Assembly: GCA_965279035.1 (NCBI GenBank)
Contig: OZ257142.1
Coordinates: 1,024,001 to 1,088,000, forward strand
Reading direction: 5' to 3'
Length of the DNA: 64,000 nucleotides
Origin: Bacteroidia bacterium
GTDB lineage: Bacteria > Bacteroidota > Bacteroidia > M30B66
Numbering within the stretch: the stretch's first letter is position 1; every line of letters begins with the position of its first letter. The notes under the pieces were generated by a model. The model saw only the letters and a list, made by a program, of their open reading frames with translations, was not told where the DNA came from and made no database searches. Below are positions 17,234 to 27,381 of this stretch, in pieces. The position numbers and the translations under genes are program-made.

Positions 17234-17863
17234 ATGTGTAATCGTTTTATTTCACGAAGCATATTCTTTCTTATACTCTTCATTGGTTTTAATAATTCTT
17301 CCTGGGCTCAGAAATTTCAAGGTGGATTGATTGGTGGAATTAATACGAGTCAAATTACAGGTGATGATCTTGCAGGTTATAATAAATTGAGTTTGACTTT
17401 TGGGGCTTTTGTTAGTACAAAACTCGGAGAAAAATCTTCACTCCAATTTGAAATTACCTACTTGGGAAAAGGAAGTCACAAGAACCTAAGTCCGAAAGAT
17501 TCAGTCCCTACTTTATATCTACTTAGGCTTCACTATATTGAAGTTCCTCTTATTTTTAAATATAAATTAAAACCAAAACTTGAATTTGAAACAGGACCTT
17601 CACTAGGTGTTTTTTTTGGAAGTAGGGAAGAGGATTTATATGGTGATATGAGCGGAAATTATTCTTCTCGTGAACAATTTAAGCCTTTTGACCTTTCTTT
17701 TACAATTGGAGGTTCTTGGATCATAAATGAGAAATGGTCATTTAATGTTCGGTCAGCCAATAGTATTTTCCCTGTTCGAAATCATGATCAGAATACAAGC
17801 TATCGTCTTAATAAAGGGCAATATACCTCTAGTATTATGGGACGATTTCTCTATAACTTTTAG
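17234..17863 (+). CDS. PorT-like outer-membrane beta-barrel protein
   Basis: Signal peptide, GG..GG.N..Q..GD, LHYIEVPL, ETGPSLG, terminal YNF. Confidence 0.75.
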   Translation: MCNRFISRSIFFLILFIGFNNSSWAQKFQGGLIGGINTSQITGDDLAGYNKLSLTFGAFVSTKLGEKSSLQFEITYLGKGSHKNLSPKDSVPTLYLLRLHYIEVPLIFKYKLKPKLEFETGPSLGVFFGSREEDLYGDMSGNYSSREQFKPFDLSFTIGGSWIINEKWSFNVRSANSIFPVRNHDQNTSYRLNKGQYTSSIMGRFLYNF

Positions 17864-17866
17864 TCA

Positions 17867-18439
17867 ATGAGAAAAATAAAAGTCGCTATTGCTGTTACTG
17901 GAGCGAGCGGATCTATATATGCCCAAGTATTATTTAATAAAATAAAATCACTCGAGGATCAAATACAGGAAGTAAGTGTCGTCTTTTCTTCCAATGCAAA
18001 GGATGTTTGGGAACATGAATTAGGAAATACGTCTTTTCTAGATTTACCTTTTAAACAATATGGGAAAGATGATTTCTTTTCACCCATTGCATCTGGTTCT
18101 GCTCAGTATGATGTTTTGATTATATGTCCTTGCTCCATGGGAACTCTTGGTAGAATTGCAAATGGATTCTCCGATGATCTTACAACACGTGCTGCTGATG
18201 TGATGTTAAAAGAAAGGAAAAAGCTCATTCTTGTAGTTCGTGATACTCCCTATAACTTAATTCATTTAAAGAATATGACAGCTTTAACCGAAGCTGGTGG
18301 TATTATTTGTCCAGCTAGTCCATCATTCTATAGTAAGCCAACTACATTTGAAGCATTAGCAACTACCGTTATAGATCGTGTTATTGATTTAGCTGGATTT
18401 GAACAAGAGAACACATATCGTTGGGGAACACAAGATTAA
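17867..18439 (+). CDS. ubiX: UbiX-family flavin prenyltransferase
   Basis: AVTGASG, SPIASGS, PCSMGTL..IA.G, RAADV.LKER, RDTP, PSFY. Confidence 0.9.
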   Translation: MRKIKVAIAVTGASGSIYAQVLFNKIKSLEDQIQEVSVVFSSNAKDVWEHELGNTSFLDLPFKQYGKDDFFSPIASGSAQYDVLIICPCSMGTLGRIANGFSDDLTTRAADVMLKERKKLILVVRDTPYNLIHLKNMTALTEAGGIICPASPSFYSKPTTFEALATTVIDRVIDLAGFEQENTYRWGTQD

Positions 18440-18449
18440 ATCCAAATCC

Positions 18450-19391
18450 TTAGTCGTACTTTATAAATTCAATATTCCTTTTTAATCCCTTGAAACCGGT
18501 TCTTTTTACAGCCGATTTATTAAATATTTTTCCAAATGTTTCTAGGGTGATTTCTTCCCAGTCTTTTCTTTTCAACTTTAGAAGATCTCCAGTAGGTTTA
18601 AAAGAGTCTTCTTGATGTGGTTTTGAAAAGCGATTCCAAGGACAAACTTGTTGGCAAACATCGCATCCAAATGCCCAATCATCAAAATGCCCTTTCCATT
18701 CAATTGGAATCTGTTCTTTTAATTCTATTGTAAAGTAGGATATACATTTACTCCCATCAACTACATATGGTTTTATTATGGCTTCAGTTGGACACGCATC
18801 AATACAACGTGAGCAATTACCACAATAATCTTTGATTGGACCATCAGGACTTAATTCAAGGTCAATAATTAATTCAGCAATAAAGAAGAATGACCCTTGT
18901 TGTTTATTGATGAGGTTTGAATTTTTTCCAACCCAACCCAATCCACTACGTTCTGCCCATGCTTTATCCATAACAGGAGCTGAGTCAACGAAGACTCGTC
19001 CATCAACCTCTCCAATCTTTGTCCGAATTAATTCTAAAAACTGGAAGAGCTTTCTTTTGATAACATCGTGATAATCTTCACCATAAGCATACATTGAAAT
19101 TTTGGGTGAAGTAGCATCCTCTTGTATTGATTCTGTATAATAGTTTAATAAAAGTGAAATAACCGATTTTGCTCCAGGAACTAAAACTCGTGGATCAATG
19201 CGTTTCTCAAAATGATTCGCCATATAACTCATATGGCCATTCATCCCTTTGTTAAGCCAATCTTCTAAATGATGAGCTTCTTTTTCTAACTTTTCTGCTT
19301 TTGAAATACCACAAAAATCAAATCCCAACTCTTTAGCAATTTGCTTTATTTCATTTGAATTTTTCTGATTTACAAAATCGGTAGTTGTCAA
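18450..19391 (-). CDS. queG: tRNA epoxyqueuosine(34) reductase
   Basis: [56 protein letters not shown]; TTG start uncertain. Confidence 0.95.
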   Translation of the reverse strand: MTTTDFVNQKNSNEIKQIAKELGFDFCGISKAEKLEKEAHHLEDWLNKGMNGHMSYMANHFEKRIDPRVLVPGAKSVISLLLNYYTESIQEDATSPKISMYAYGEDYHDVIKRKLFQFLELIRTKIGEVDGRVFVDSAPVMDKAWAERSGLGWVGKNSNLINKQQGSFFFIAELIIDLELSPDGPIKDYCGNCSRCIDACPTEAIIKPYVVDGSKCISYFTIELKEQIPIEWKGHFDDWAFGCDVCQQVCPWNRFSKPHQEDSFKPTGDLLKLKRKDWEEITLETFGKIFNKSAVKRTGFKGLKRNIEFIKYD

Positions 19392-19412
19392 CGATAGAAC
19401 TAATTAAATTAA

Positions 19413-20441
19413 TTAATCTTCAAAAAGGCCACCTTGTTTTCTAAAACGGCTCATTCCAAGATGTTTGTAAGCAAGTTCTGTAACTTCTCTACCTCTTGAT
19501 GTTCGAACAATAAATCCCTCTTGTATTAAAAAAGGTTCATACACTTCTTCAATCGTTTCAGCATCTTCTCCACATGCAGTTGCAATATTTGTAACACCAA
19601 CTGGTCCACCTTTGAACTTTTGAATTATCGTACTCAATATGCGATTATCCATTTCATCCAAACCATATTTGTCTACATTAAGCGCATCTAAAGCAATAGT
19701 AGTTATATCGAGTGTAATGGTTCCATTTCCTTTAACCATGGCAAAATCTCTCACTCTTCGTAATAGTGCATTGGCTATACGTGGAGTTCCTCGACTTCTA
19801 CCAGCAATTTCTTTAGCGGCTTCATTTACAATAGGAATATTTAATATGCCTGCTGCTCGTTTTACAATATTGGTTAAAAGGTTTGCATCGTAATAACTCA
19901 ATCTTGAATTAATTCCAAATCGCGCTCTTAAAGGAGCAGTTAATAATCCAGATCGTGTTGTAGCTCCTATTAAAGTAAAAGGATTTAAGCTTAATTGAAT
20001 AGAACGAGCATTCGGCCCGGTTTCAATCATAATATCGATTTTAAAATCCTCCATTGCCGAATACAAATACTCTTCAATAACAGGACTTAATCGGTGAATC
20101 TCATCGATAAACAATACATCGTGAGCTTCAAGATTTGTTAATAATCCAGCAAGATCTCCGGGTTTATCTAAAACAGGTCCTGAAGTTACTTTGAACCCAA
20201 CTCCTAGTTCGTTAGCAATGATATTTGCTAGTGTAGTTTTTCCTAATCCAGGAGGGCCATGAAGCAAAACATGATCTAATGCATCATCTCGCATTCTCGC
20301 CGCCTCAACAAAGACTTTTAAATTTTCTAGAATTTGAGCTTGTCCTGTAAAATCTTCAAAACTAGCTGGTCGCAAAACCTTTTCGATTTCACGATCTTTT
20401 GAATTTAATTGGCTTAAATCAGGATTTAAGTTAGGATTCAT
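19413..20441 (-). CDS. ruvB: Holliday junction branch migration helicase RuvB
   Basis: [44 protein letters not shown]; start placed at ATG 20441 downstream of the terminator. Confidence 0.97.
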   Translation of the reverse strand: MNPNLNPDLSQLNSKDREIEKVLRPASFEDFTGQAQILENLKVFVEAARMRDDALDHVLLHGPPGLGKTTLANIIANELGVGFKVTSGPVLDKPGDLAGLLTNLEAHDVLFIDEIHRLSPVIEEYLYSAMEDFKIDIMIETGPNARSIQLSLNPFTLIGATTRSGLLTAPLRARFGINSRLSYYDANLLTNIVKRAAGILNIPIVNEAAKEIAGRSRGTPRIANALLRRVRDFAMVKGNGTITLDITTIALDALNVDKYGLDEMDNRILSTIIQKFKGGPVGVTNIATACGEDAETIEEVYEPFLIQEGFIVRTSRGREVTELAYKHLGMSRFRKQGGLFED

Positions 20442-20469
20442 GTTATGAAGATAGCTTTTAAATCGGCCT

Positions 20470-20504
20470 AAAACACAAACGTCCCTCCGAATTGGAAGGA
20501 CGTT
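20470..20504 (-). terminator. Terminator of the act-cox operon
   Basis: AACGTCCTTCC-AATTC-GGAGGGACGTT followed by TGTGTTTT on - strand. Confidence 0.65.
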
Positions 20505-20524
20505 CATTCAATATTTTTGAAGCA

Positions 20525-22366
20525 TTAATGTGCTCCTTCTGCTATTTCTTTTTCAGTGAGCGGGACTATTTGTGAAACAAAATCTTCCTCACGATCAGGT
20601 TTACTATAATCATATGCCCAACGATGTACTTCAGGAATTTCACCTGGCCAGTTACCATGCATATGCTCAACTGGGGTAGTCCATTCTAAGGTATTTGATC
20701 TCCAAGGATTTTGTGGTGATTTTTGTCCTTTGAAAATACTATAGAAGAAATTAAACAGGAAGATTAATTGTCCAACTGCAGCTAAAATAGCAAACCAAGT
20801 TACTAATACGTTGATATCTACAAGATCATTGAATAATGGAAACTCTGTATTTGAGTAGTAACGACGAGGAACACCTGCTAATCCTAAGAAGTGCATTGGG
20901 AAGAATACTCCGTAAGCTCCAACAAACGAAATCCAAAAGTGCAAATACCCTAATTTTTTATTCATCAGTTTACCAAACATTTTAGGAAACCAATGATATA
21001 CACCTGCAAACATACCGAAGATAGTTGCAGAGCCCATTACTAAGTGGAAGTGAGCTACAACAAAATAGGTATCATGCACATTAATATCTAATGCAGAGTC
21101 ACCCAAAATAATACCTGTAACTCCACCAGTAATGAAGAATGAAACTAAACCAATTGCGAAGAGCATACCTGGCGTAAATTTCAAATCACCTTTCCAAAGT
21201 GTTGTTATATAGTTAAACGCTTTTACAGCAGATGGAATCGCAACTAATAAGGTTGTGAATACGAAAACAGATCCTAGGAATGGATTCATTCCAGTTATAA
21301 ACATATGGTGTCCCCATACGATGAATGAAAGAAATGCAATTCCCAATATGGATGCAATCATTGCACGATATCCGAAAATTGGTTTACGTGCATTTGTCGC
21401 AATTACTTCTGATGTAATCCCTAAAGCAGGAAGCAATACGATGTATACTTCCGGATGGCCTAAAAACCAAAATAAGTGTTCATAAAGAACTGGACTTCCT
21501 CCATTGTATTCCAATGCTTGTCCACCAATATAAATATCACTTAAGTAAAAACTTGTTCCAAAACTACGGTCAAAAATTAGAAGCAATGCAGCAGCAAATA
21601 GAACAGGGAATGATAATACACCAAGAATAGCAGTTACAAGGAAAGCCCATATTGTTAGAGGAAGTCGTGTCATTGACATTCCCTTAGTACGTAGGTTGAT
21701 GATTGTAACAATGTAATTTAAAGATCCTAATAATGAGGAAACAATAAACACAGCCATAGATACTAACCACAAAGTCATTCCTAGACCAGATCCTGGCATA
21801 GCTTGAGGCAATGCACTTAACGGTGGATAAACAGTCCAACCTCCTGAAGCTGGTCCAGATTCAATAAATAATGAAATCATCATTATCGTTACTGAGGTAA
21901 AGAAGAACCAGTACGATAACATATTCAAGAATCCTGATGCCATATCGCGAGCACCAACTTGAAGTGGAATTAGCAAATTCGAGAATGTACCACTTAATCC
22001 GCCTGTCAATACAAAGAATACCATGATAGTACCATGGATTGTAACTAAAGCGAGGTAAAAATTTGGATCCAATACACCACCTGGAGCCCATTTCCCTAAG
22101 AGTGGTTCCAAGATAGGAAAGCTTCTTCCTGGCCATGCAAGCTGCAAGCGAAATACAATAGACATAAGCATTGCTAAAACTCCCATAAACACTGCTGTGA
22201 TTAGGAACTGTTTAGCGATCATCTTATGATCTTGGGAAAATATATATTTTGTTATGAACGTATCATGATGCTCATGTTCATGATCATCATGATGACCGTG
22301 ATCGGCATGGTGCGCAACAGTATGTGCGGCATGTGAGTCATTGTGTGTATGTTCCATTGCTGACAT
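20525..22366 (-). CDS. ctaD: Cytochrome c oxidase subunit I (type A1 heme-copper oxidase)
   Basis: HGTIM, GWTVYPPL, FWFLGHPEVY, WGHHM, HDTYFVVAHFH, GVPRR. Confidence 0.96.
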   Translation of the reverse strand: MSAMEHTHNDSHAAHTVAHHADHGHHDDHEHEHHDTFITKYIFSQDHKMIAKQFLITAVFMGVLAMLMSIVFRLQLAWPGRSFPILEPLLGKWAPGGVLDPNFYLALVTIHGTIMVFFVLTGGLSGTFSNLLIPLQVGARDMASGFLNMLSYWFFFTSVTIMMISLFIESGPASGGWTVYPPLSALPQAMPGSGLGMTLWLVSMAVFIVSSLLGSLNYIVTIINLRTKGMSMTRLPLTIWAFLVTAILGVLSFPVLFAAALLLIFDRSFGTSFYLSDIYIGGQALEYNGGSPVLYEHLFWFLGHPEVYIVLLPALGITSEVIATNARKPIFGYRAMIASILGIAFLSFIVWGHHMFITGMNPFLGSVFVFTTLLVAIPSAVKAFNYITTLWKGDLKFTPGMLFAIGLVSFFITGGVTGIILGDSALDINVHDTYFVVAHFHLVMGSATIFGMFAGVYHWFPKMFGKLMNKKLGYLHFWISFVGAYGVFFPMHFLGLAGVPRRYYSNTEFPLFNDLVDINVLVTWFAILAAVGQLIFLFNFFYSIFKGQKSPQNPWRSNTLEWTTPVEHMHGNWPGEIPEVHRWAYDYSKPDREEDFVSQIVPLTEKEIAEGAH

Positions 22367-22399
22367 TTAGCTCTCCTTTAATCGTGTGATGAAACTTTA

Positions 22400-23473
22400 T
22401 CAGTGAATTTGCTTTTCTGAAGGAACAGCTAAAACTGCTGTTGACTCAGCTTTATTTAATGTATCTATTGATGTAGAAGCAGCTTGAGGAGCTGGTGCTG
22501 ATGTAGCTTGTTTCTGCATCCATGTTTTTTGTTCAGATAGCCATGTATTATATTCTTCTTGGCTTTCAACAATGATGTCCATTTGCATATTGTAATGCGC
22601 AGCTCCACAGATTTTATTACATAATAAAATGTAATTAAACTTCTCATTGTTTAATTTTTCTCGCATTTCTTTAGTTGAAATGGTAGGAGTAAATTCAAAC
22701 GAAGTTTCCATACCAGGAACACAATTCATTTGTGCTCTAAAATGTGGCATGTATGCACTATGAATAACATCACGAGAACGCATTGAGAAATGTACTGGCT
22801 TATCTTTCACTATATGAAATTCACCTTTCACAATAATATCATCATCTGCGTTAGGATCTTCAATCATTCCTAAATCATTTCCCTCACCAATTTTTCTGAA
22901 ATCTGATTTTCCAAGTGTATTGTCTTTTCCAGCATAACGAGCTGTCCAATCAAATTGCTTTGAATACAACTCAATAACAACAGCTTCTTTTGACCCTGCA
23001 TAAATTACATCACTCCAAACTGTTAAACCGTATGCAATTAATCCAGATAATACAATTGCTGGAATAACTGTCCAGATCATTTCTAGTTTATTACTATGTG
23101 CAAAATAAACAGCTCTACGCCCTTTTGTACTTGCGTTCTTATAGATTTGATAAACAAGTATGATGTGTGTTAAAACAAAAACAAAAGAAATAACTATCAG
23201 AGTAATATTAAATAAACCATCAATTTCAACGCCGTGGGCTGAAGCTGATTCTGGAAGTAATTTATCCTTGTACTTAATTACCTGCCATAAGCAGAATCCT
23301 AGGAATGCAAAAAGGAAAAGCACCCAAAGTGAAGCCTGATTTTTTCCTTCAGCTTCAGTGATCACATCATCTTTGCGGCCGCCTCGCAGCTCAGCAGAAA
23401 GATTGTAAATAGTCATCACTCGCGCGGCAGCGATCACAAACAATACTAGTACAGCCAGAACAAGAAGTGTCAT
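22400..23473 (-). CDS. ctaC: Cytochrome c oxidase subunit II
   Basis: LEMIWTVIP, DVIHS, CuA motif CNKICGAAHYNM; no fused heme c domain. Confidence 0.93.
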   Translation of the reverse strand: MTLLVLAVLVLFVIAAARVMTIYNLSAELRGGRKDDVITEAEGKNQASLWVLFLFAFLGFCLWQVIKYKDKLLPESASAHGVEIDGLFNITLIVISFVFVLTHIILVYQIYKNASTKGRRAVYFAHSNKLEMIWTVIPAIVLSGLIAYGLTVWSDVIYAGSKEAVVIELYSKQFDWTARYAGKDNTLGKSDFRKIGEGNDLGMIEDPNADDDIIVKGEFHIVKDKPVHFSMRSRDVIHSAYMPHFRAQMNCVPGMETSFEFTPTISTKEMREKLNNEKFNYILLCNKICGAAHYNMQMDIIVESQEEYNTWLSEQKTWMQKQATSAPAPQAASTSIDTLNKAESTAVLAVPSEKQIH

Positions 23474-23503
23474 ATGGTTGATTTTCTGTTGATATAAATC
23501 GAA

Positions 23504-24703
23504 TTAAATATGATGATGAATGCTTTCTTGATAGAAAACGTGTGTTGTATTGGAAACTGGTCTGCTTGCAAGTTTACGAAGTACAACAAACCCGAATAAA
23601 CCAAGAAATCCTAACATTGTTCCAATTTCTACCCAGCCAAAATGCCAATGTTCTTTCATTGTTCCTGGCATGATCATCACAAAATTATCGCTCCAATGTC
23701 CAAATAGAATTACAATTCCTACAAAGAATAATAATTTGAAATTTCTTTTTGATCCACGTTTCATCAAAACCAAAAATGGAAAGAAGAAGTTCATGAATAA
23801 ATTGAGCATGAAAAGAAATTTATAGTTTGCAAAGCGATCCATGTAATAGGTTACTTCCTCTGGAATATTGGAATACCATATCAACATAAATTGAGATGTC
23901 CATAGATATGTCCAAAATATAGAGAATGCAAACATGAATTTTCCTAAATCATGAATGTGGTTGTCGGTAACCTCTGGTAGTAATCCTTTGCTTTTTAAAT
24001 GCAAAACAACAAGTGTAATCATTGTTAAGGCACTCACAAAGAATCCTGCAAATGTATACCAGCCGAATAATGTACTAAACCAATGTGTGTCAATCGACAT
24101 GATCCAATCCCATGCGGATGTAGATGACGTAACGGCAAAAAATACTAAGAACCAAGCAGCTAAACTTTGGCTACGCTTCCAATTTTTCACATCCACACTT
24201 TGAGCTTCAATTTCTGAGCGTTTCATAAATGCTCTTAGAAATAAAACCCAGCCTAGAAGATAAACTACAGTTCTGATTATGTAAAATGTAGGGTTTAGAA
24301 ATCCACTTTTCCCAGCAATTATTTCATCATAATGAGGATTTGCCTGACCATTTTCTAAGGTAGGATGATACAATTCAGGATCTGCCCAATGATAAATATG
24401 GTTGAAGTGCAGTGCAGATAAAGTAACAACAATGCCTAAAAAAACAGCACCATAAGGCAAATAACTCGCAATGGCTTCCATTGGACGTTTAACTACGGCC
24501 GACCATCCTGCTTCAGCAGCATATTGTATAGCCATAAAAAAGAGGGCTCCCAACGCAATGGCCATGAAGAAAAAAGAATTCAACAATAGGCTGGGCCATG
24601 CACGGTGTGAATCTGTAGCAAAGCCACCCACGATGCTGATTAGACCAATCGCCATCAGGATGAAACAGATATTCCGTGTTTTCGAAGAGAAGGTATAGTT
24701 CAT
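23504..24703 (-). CDS. actF: Alternative complex III subunit F
   Basis: Polytopic NrfD-like paralogue; DWIMS...HWFST.FG, HDLGK..FAFS.FW.Y, WY.NIPEE; operon position. Confidence 0.9.
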   Translation of the reverse strand: MNYTFSSKTRNICFILMAIGLISIVGGFATDSHRAWPSLLLNSFFFMAIALGALFFMAIQYAAEAGWSAVVKRPMEAIASYLPYGAVFLGIVVTLSALHFNHIYHWADPELYHPTLENGQANPHYDEIIAGKSGFLNPTFYIIRTVVYLLGWVLFLRAFMKRSEIEAQSVDVKNWKRSQSLAAWFLVFFAVTSSTSAWDWIMSIDTHWFSTLFGWYTFAGFFVSALTMITLVVLHLKSKGLLPEVTDNHIHDLGKFMFAFSIFWTYLWTSQFMLIWYSNIPEEVTYYMDRFANYKFLFMLNLFMNFFFPFLVLMKRGSKRNFKLLFFVGIVILFGHWSDNFVMIMPGTMKEHWHFGWVEIGTMLGFLGLFGFVVLRKLASRPVSNTTHVFYQESIHHHI

Positions 24704-24733
24704 TGTACCTGTATTAATCGTTAGCGTCAGGTT

Positions 24734-25417
24734 TTACTTCTTAACAGTTGGGTTTTCAGTAACTGCAGTTGGAGCAGAAACTGGTGTAGCTGATACTGTT
24801 GTATCAGAAGGAGCGCTTTGGCCTAAACCATCAGCACGAAGTTTCTGAACCCAACGTATTACTTGCCAACGTTCGTTGTAATTGATTTGTGATGCATGTG
24901 ATCCCATCATGTTTTTACCATAATAGATCGTGTGATACATTTTGCCTTCAGGAAGATCTTTTAAAGTAGCCCCAAAATAAGAGGGAACTCCTGCAAATTT
25001 ATCTCTCTGAACTAGGATTCCATTTCCATCTCCTTTTTCACCATGACAATGAATACAGAAATTGGTATATACTTTTTCACCTTTTGCTAGTACTTCAGGT
25101 GAAGATTCGATAGGGTTTTTCAATCCAAGACCAGCAGCCTCATATCCCTCATTTGTATTTGGGTAAGCATAAGGCTCATAAAAAGGAAGTGTCTCATCAT
25201 TAAACCTTGGTATTGTTCCAAATACAGGTTTCCGTGAAGCCATACTGTCTCCAAAAACAGTATTAACTCCATATGCTTCTGAGGCTGGACCACGGTACAT
25301 ATCAGGAGCGTATTCAATTCCAGGACTCAAAGGATTATTTGAGCAGGAAGTTATTATCATGCTACCTAATAAAGTAGAAGATAAAAGTATCAGAATTGAT
25401 CGAGCGTTCTTGGTCAT
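24734..25417 (-). CDS. actE: Alternative complex III monoheme cytochrome c lipoprotein
   Basis: Lipobox ITSC, YAPDMY, single CIHCH, G.N.MGSHASQ, ERW. Confidence 0.9.
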   Translation of the reverse strand: MTKNARSILILLSSTLLGSMIITSCSNNPLSPGIEYAPDMYRGPASEAYGVNTVFGDSMASRKPVFGTIPRFNDETLPFYEPYAYPNTNEGYEAAGLGLKNPIESSPEVLAKGEKVYTNFCIHCHGEKGDGNGILVQRDKFAGVPSYFGATLKDLPEGKMYHTIYYGKNMMGSHASQINYNERWQVIRWVQKLRADGLGQSAPSDTTVSATPVSAPTAVTENPTVKK

Positions 25418-25429
25418 TTCGAAACCTCC

Positions 25430-25966
25430 TTATTTAAGGTCTTTTTGATTGATTTCTATCGCACCTGTACTGCGCAGTGTAGTTAAAATCTCGTCTTCAG
25501 AAATACGTTTGTTTTCAGAAGATTGAATTTCCATAATGAATTTATCATCCGTAGAACGGAGATCTGGATTATGAGGCTTGCGTCCTGGATATAATTTGTT
25601 AACCAGTAAATAGCTCAAAACCATTCCATGAGCAGCACAAAAAACGGTCAGCTCAAAAGTAACTGGAATAAAAGCAGGCATGTTTTCAATCCAACTAAAA
25701 TTAGGTTTACCCCCAATATTCATTGGCCAATCTGAAATTAACATGTACCAAGTCATCCATATAGCTGCTGATGTTCCAAACATTCCATAAAAGAATGCAG
25801 CATTAGATAAACGAGTTGGTTTTATTCCAATAACAGGATCTATTCCATGAATTGGAAATGGAGAAAATACATCCTTGATGCGGACTCCTTTACTACGTAA
25901 TGCTTTCGCACTCGTCATAAGCACTTCCTCATCATCAAATACTCCGTAGATTACTTTATTGCTCAT
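25430..25966 (-). CDS. actD: Alternative complex III subunit D (DUF3341)
   Basis: FSPFPIHG, DWPMNIGGKP, FIPVTFELTV. Confidence 0.9.
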   Translation of the reverse strand: MSNKVIYGVFDDEEVLMTSAKALRSKGVRIKDVFSPFPIHGIDPVIGIKPTRLSNAAFFYGMFGTSAAIWMTWYMLISDWPMNIGGKPNFSWIENMPAFIPVTFELTVFCAAHGMVLSYLLVNKLYPGRKPHNPDLRSTDDKFIMEIQSSENKRISEDEILTTLRSTGAIEINQKDLK

Positions 25967-25975
25967 AACGGATTT

Positions 25976-27355
25976 TTAGTGGTGCGGTTGTTTAGGGTTT
26001 TCGCTTGTCGTCTTTAATATAGTCTTCAATTCACTCAATGCTATTACTGGGAATGTGCGAGAGAATAGTAAGAAACAAGTAAAGAAAATTCCAATAGTTC
26101 CAATGAAGATACCTACATCGACAAATGTTGGATGGAACATAGTCCAACTTGATGGAAGATAATCACGGTGTAATGAAGTAACAATAATCACAAATCGTTC
26201 AAACCACATCCCAATATTCACGAATATTGAAATGATGAAAGTTGCAACCAAACTGGTTCTGATTTTCTTAAACCAAAAAAGTTGAGGTGTAATTACGTTG
26301 CATGTCATCATTGACCAATAAGACCACCAATAAGGCCCTGTTGCTCTATTTAAGAAAGCGTACTGCTCATACTCAACTCCCGAATACCATGAAGTGAAAA
26401 GTTCTGTTAAATAGGCTACACCTACAATTGAACCAGTTACTATGATGATTTTATTCATCAATTCAATGTGCTGAATTGTAATATAATCCTCAAGATGCAA
26501 AACCTTTCGCATGATGATCAACAAAGTCAAAACCATCGCGAAACCAGAGAAAATCGCACCTGCTACGAAATAAGGAGGAAAGATAGTTGTATGCCATCCA
26601 GGAATTACTGAAGTAGCAAAGTCCATTGATACAATAGTATGAACCGAAAGTACGAGTGGTGTAGAAAGTCCTGCTAGTACTAGTGAAACTTCTTCAAAAC
26701 GTGACCATTGTTTTGCAGATCCACTCCATCCAAAACTTAAAATGTTGTAAATCTTTCTCATTCTTGGTTTCATTTGACGATCTCGTACAGTTGCGAAATC
26801 GGGAATTAAACCTGTATACCAAAATACTAGAGAAACAGTAAAGTATGTTGAGATGGCAAATACGTCCCAAAGTAATGGAGAGTTAAAATTCACCCACAAA
26901 GAACCGAATTGATTTGGCAAAGGAAATACCCAATAGGCTACCCAAACACGTCCCATGTGCATTACAGGAAACAATGCTGCACAGATTACCGCAAAAATGG
27001 TCATTGCTTCTGCCGAACGATTAATTGACATTCTCCAACGTTGACGGAATAAGAGGAGAACAGCCGAAATCAAAGTTCCAGCGTGACCAATACCTACCCA
27101 CCATACGAAGTTGGTGATATCCCAAGCCCAACCTACAGATTTATTATTTCCCCAAACACCAATACCAGTTCCAATAGTATAGGCAAAGCAACCTACTCCC
27201 CAAAGGGCTAATAGAATTGAAATGGTGAAGACTACCTTAAATAACTTGCTTGCTTTCCCTTCAATTGGGCGAGATATATCCTCAGAAATCTGATGATACG
27301 TTTTATTACCAAGTATAAGTGGTTGTCTTACTGTGGCTGTTGAATGATTTTCCAT
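25976..27355 (-). CDS. actC: Alternative complex III quinol-oxidising subunit C (NrfD family)
   Basis: [58 protein letters not shown]. Confidence 0.95.
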   Translation of the reverse strand: MENHSTATVRQPLILGNKTYHQISEDISRPIEGKASKLFKVVFTISILLALWGVGCFAYTIGTGIGVWGNNKSVGWAWDITNFVWWVGIGHAGTLISAVLLLFRQRWRMSINRSAEAMTIFAVICAALFPVMHMGRVWVAYWVFPLPNQFGSLWVNFNSPLLWDVFAISTYFTVSLVFWYTGLIPDFATVRDRQMKPRMRKIYNILSFGWSGSAKQWSRFEEVSLVLAGLSTPLVLSVHTIVSMDFATSVIPGWHTTIFPPYFVAGAIFSGFAMVLTLLIIMRKVLHLEDYITIQHIELMNKIIIVTGSIVGVAYLTELFTSWYSGVEYEQYAFLNRATGPYWWSYWSMMTCNVITPQLFWFKKIRTSLVATFIISIFVNIGMWFERFVIIVTSLHRDYLPSSWTMFHPTFVDVGIFIGTIGIFFTCFLLFSRTFPVIALSELKTILKTTSENPKQPHH

Positions 27356-27381
27356 ATCGTCTCTATGCTAAAGCGAATGAA

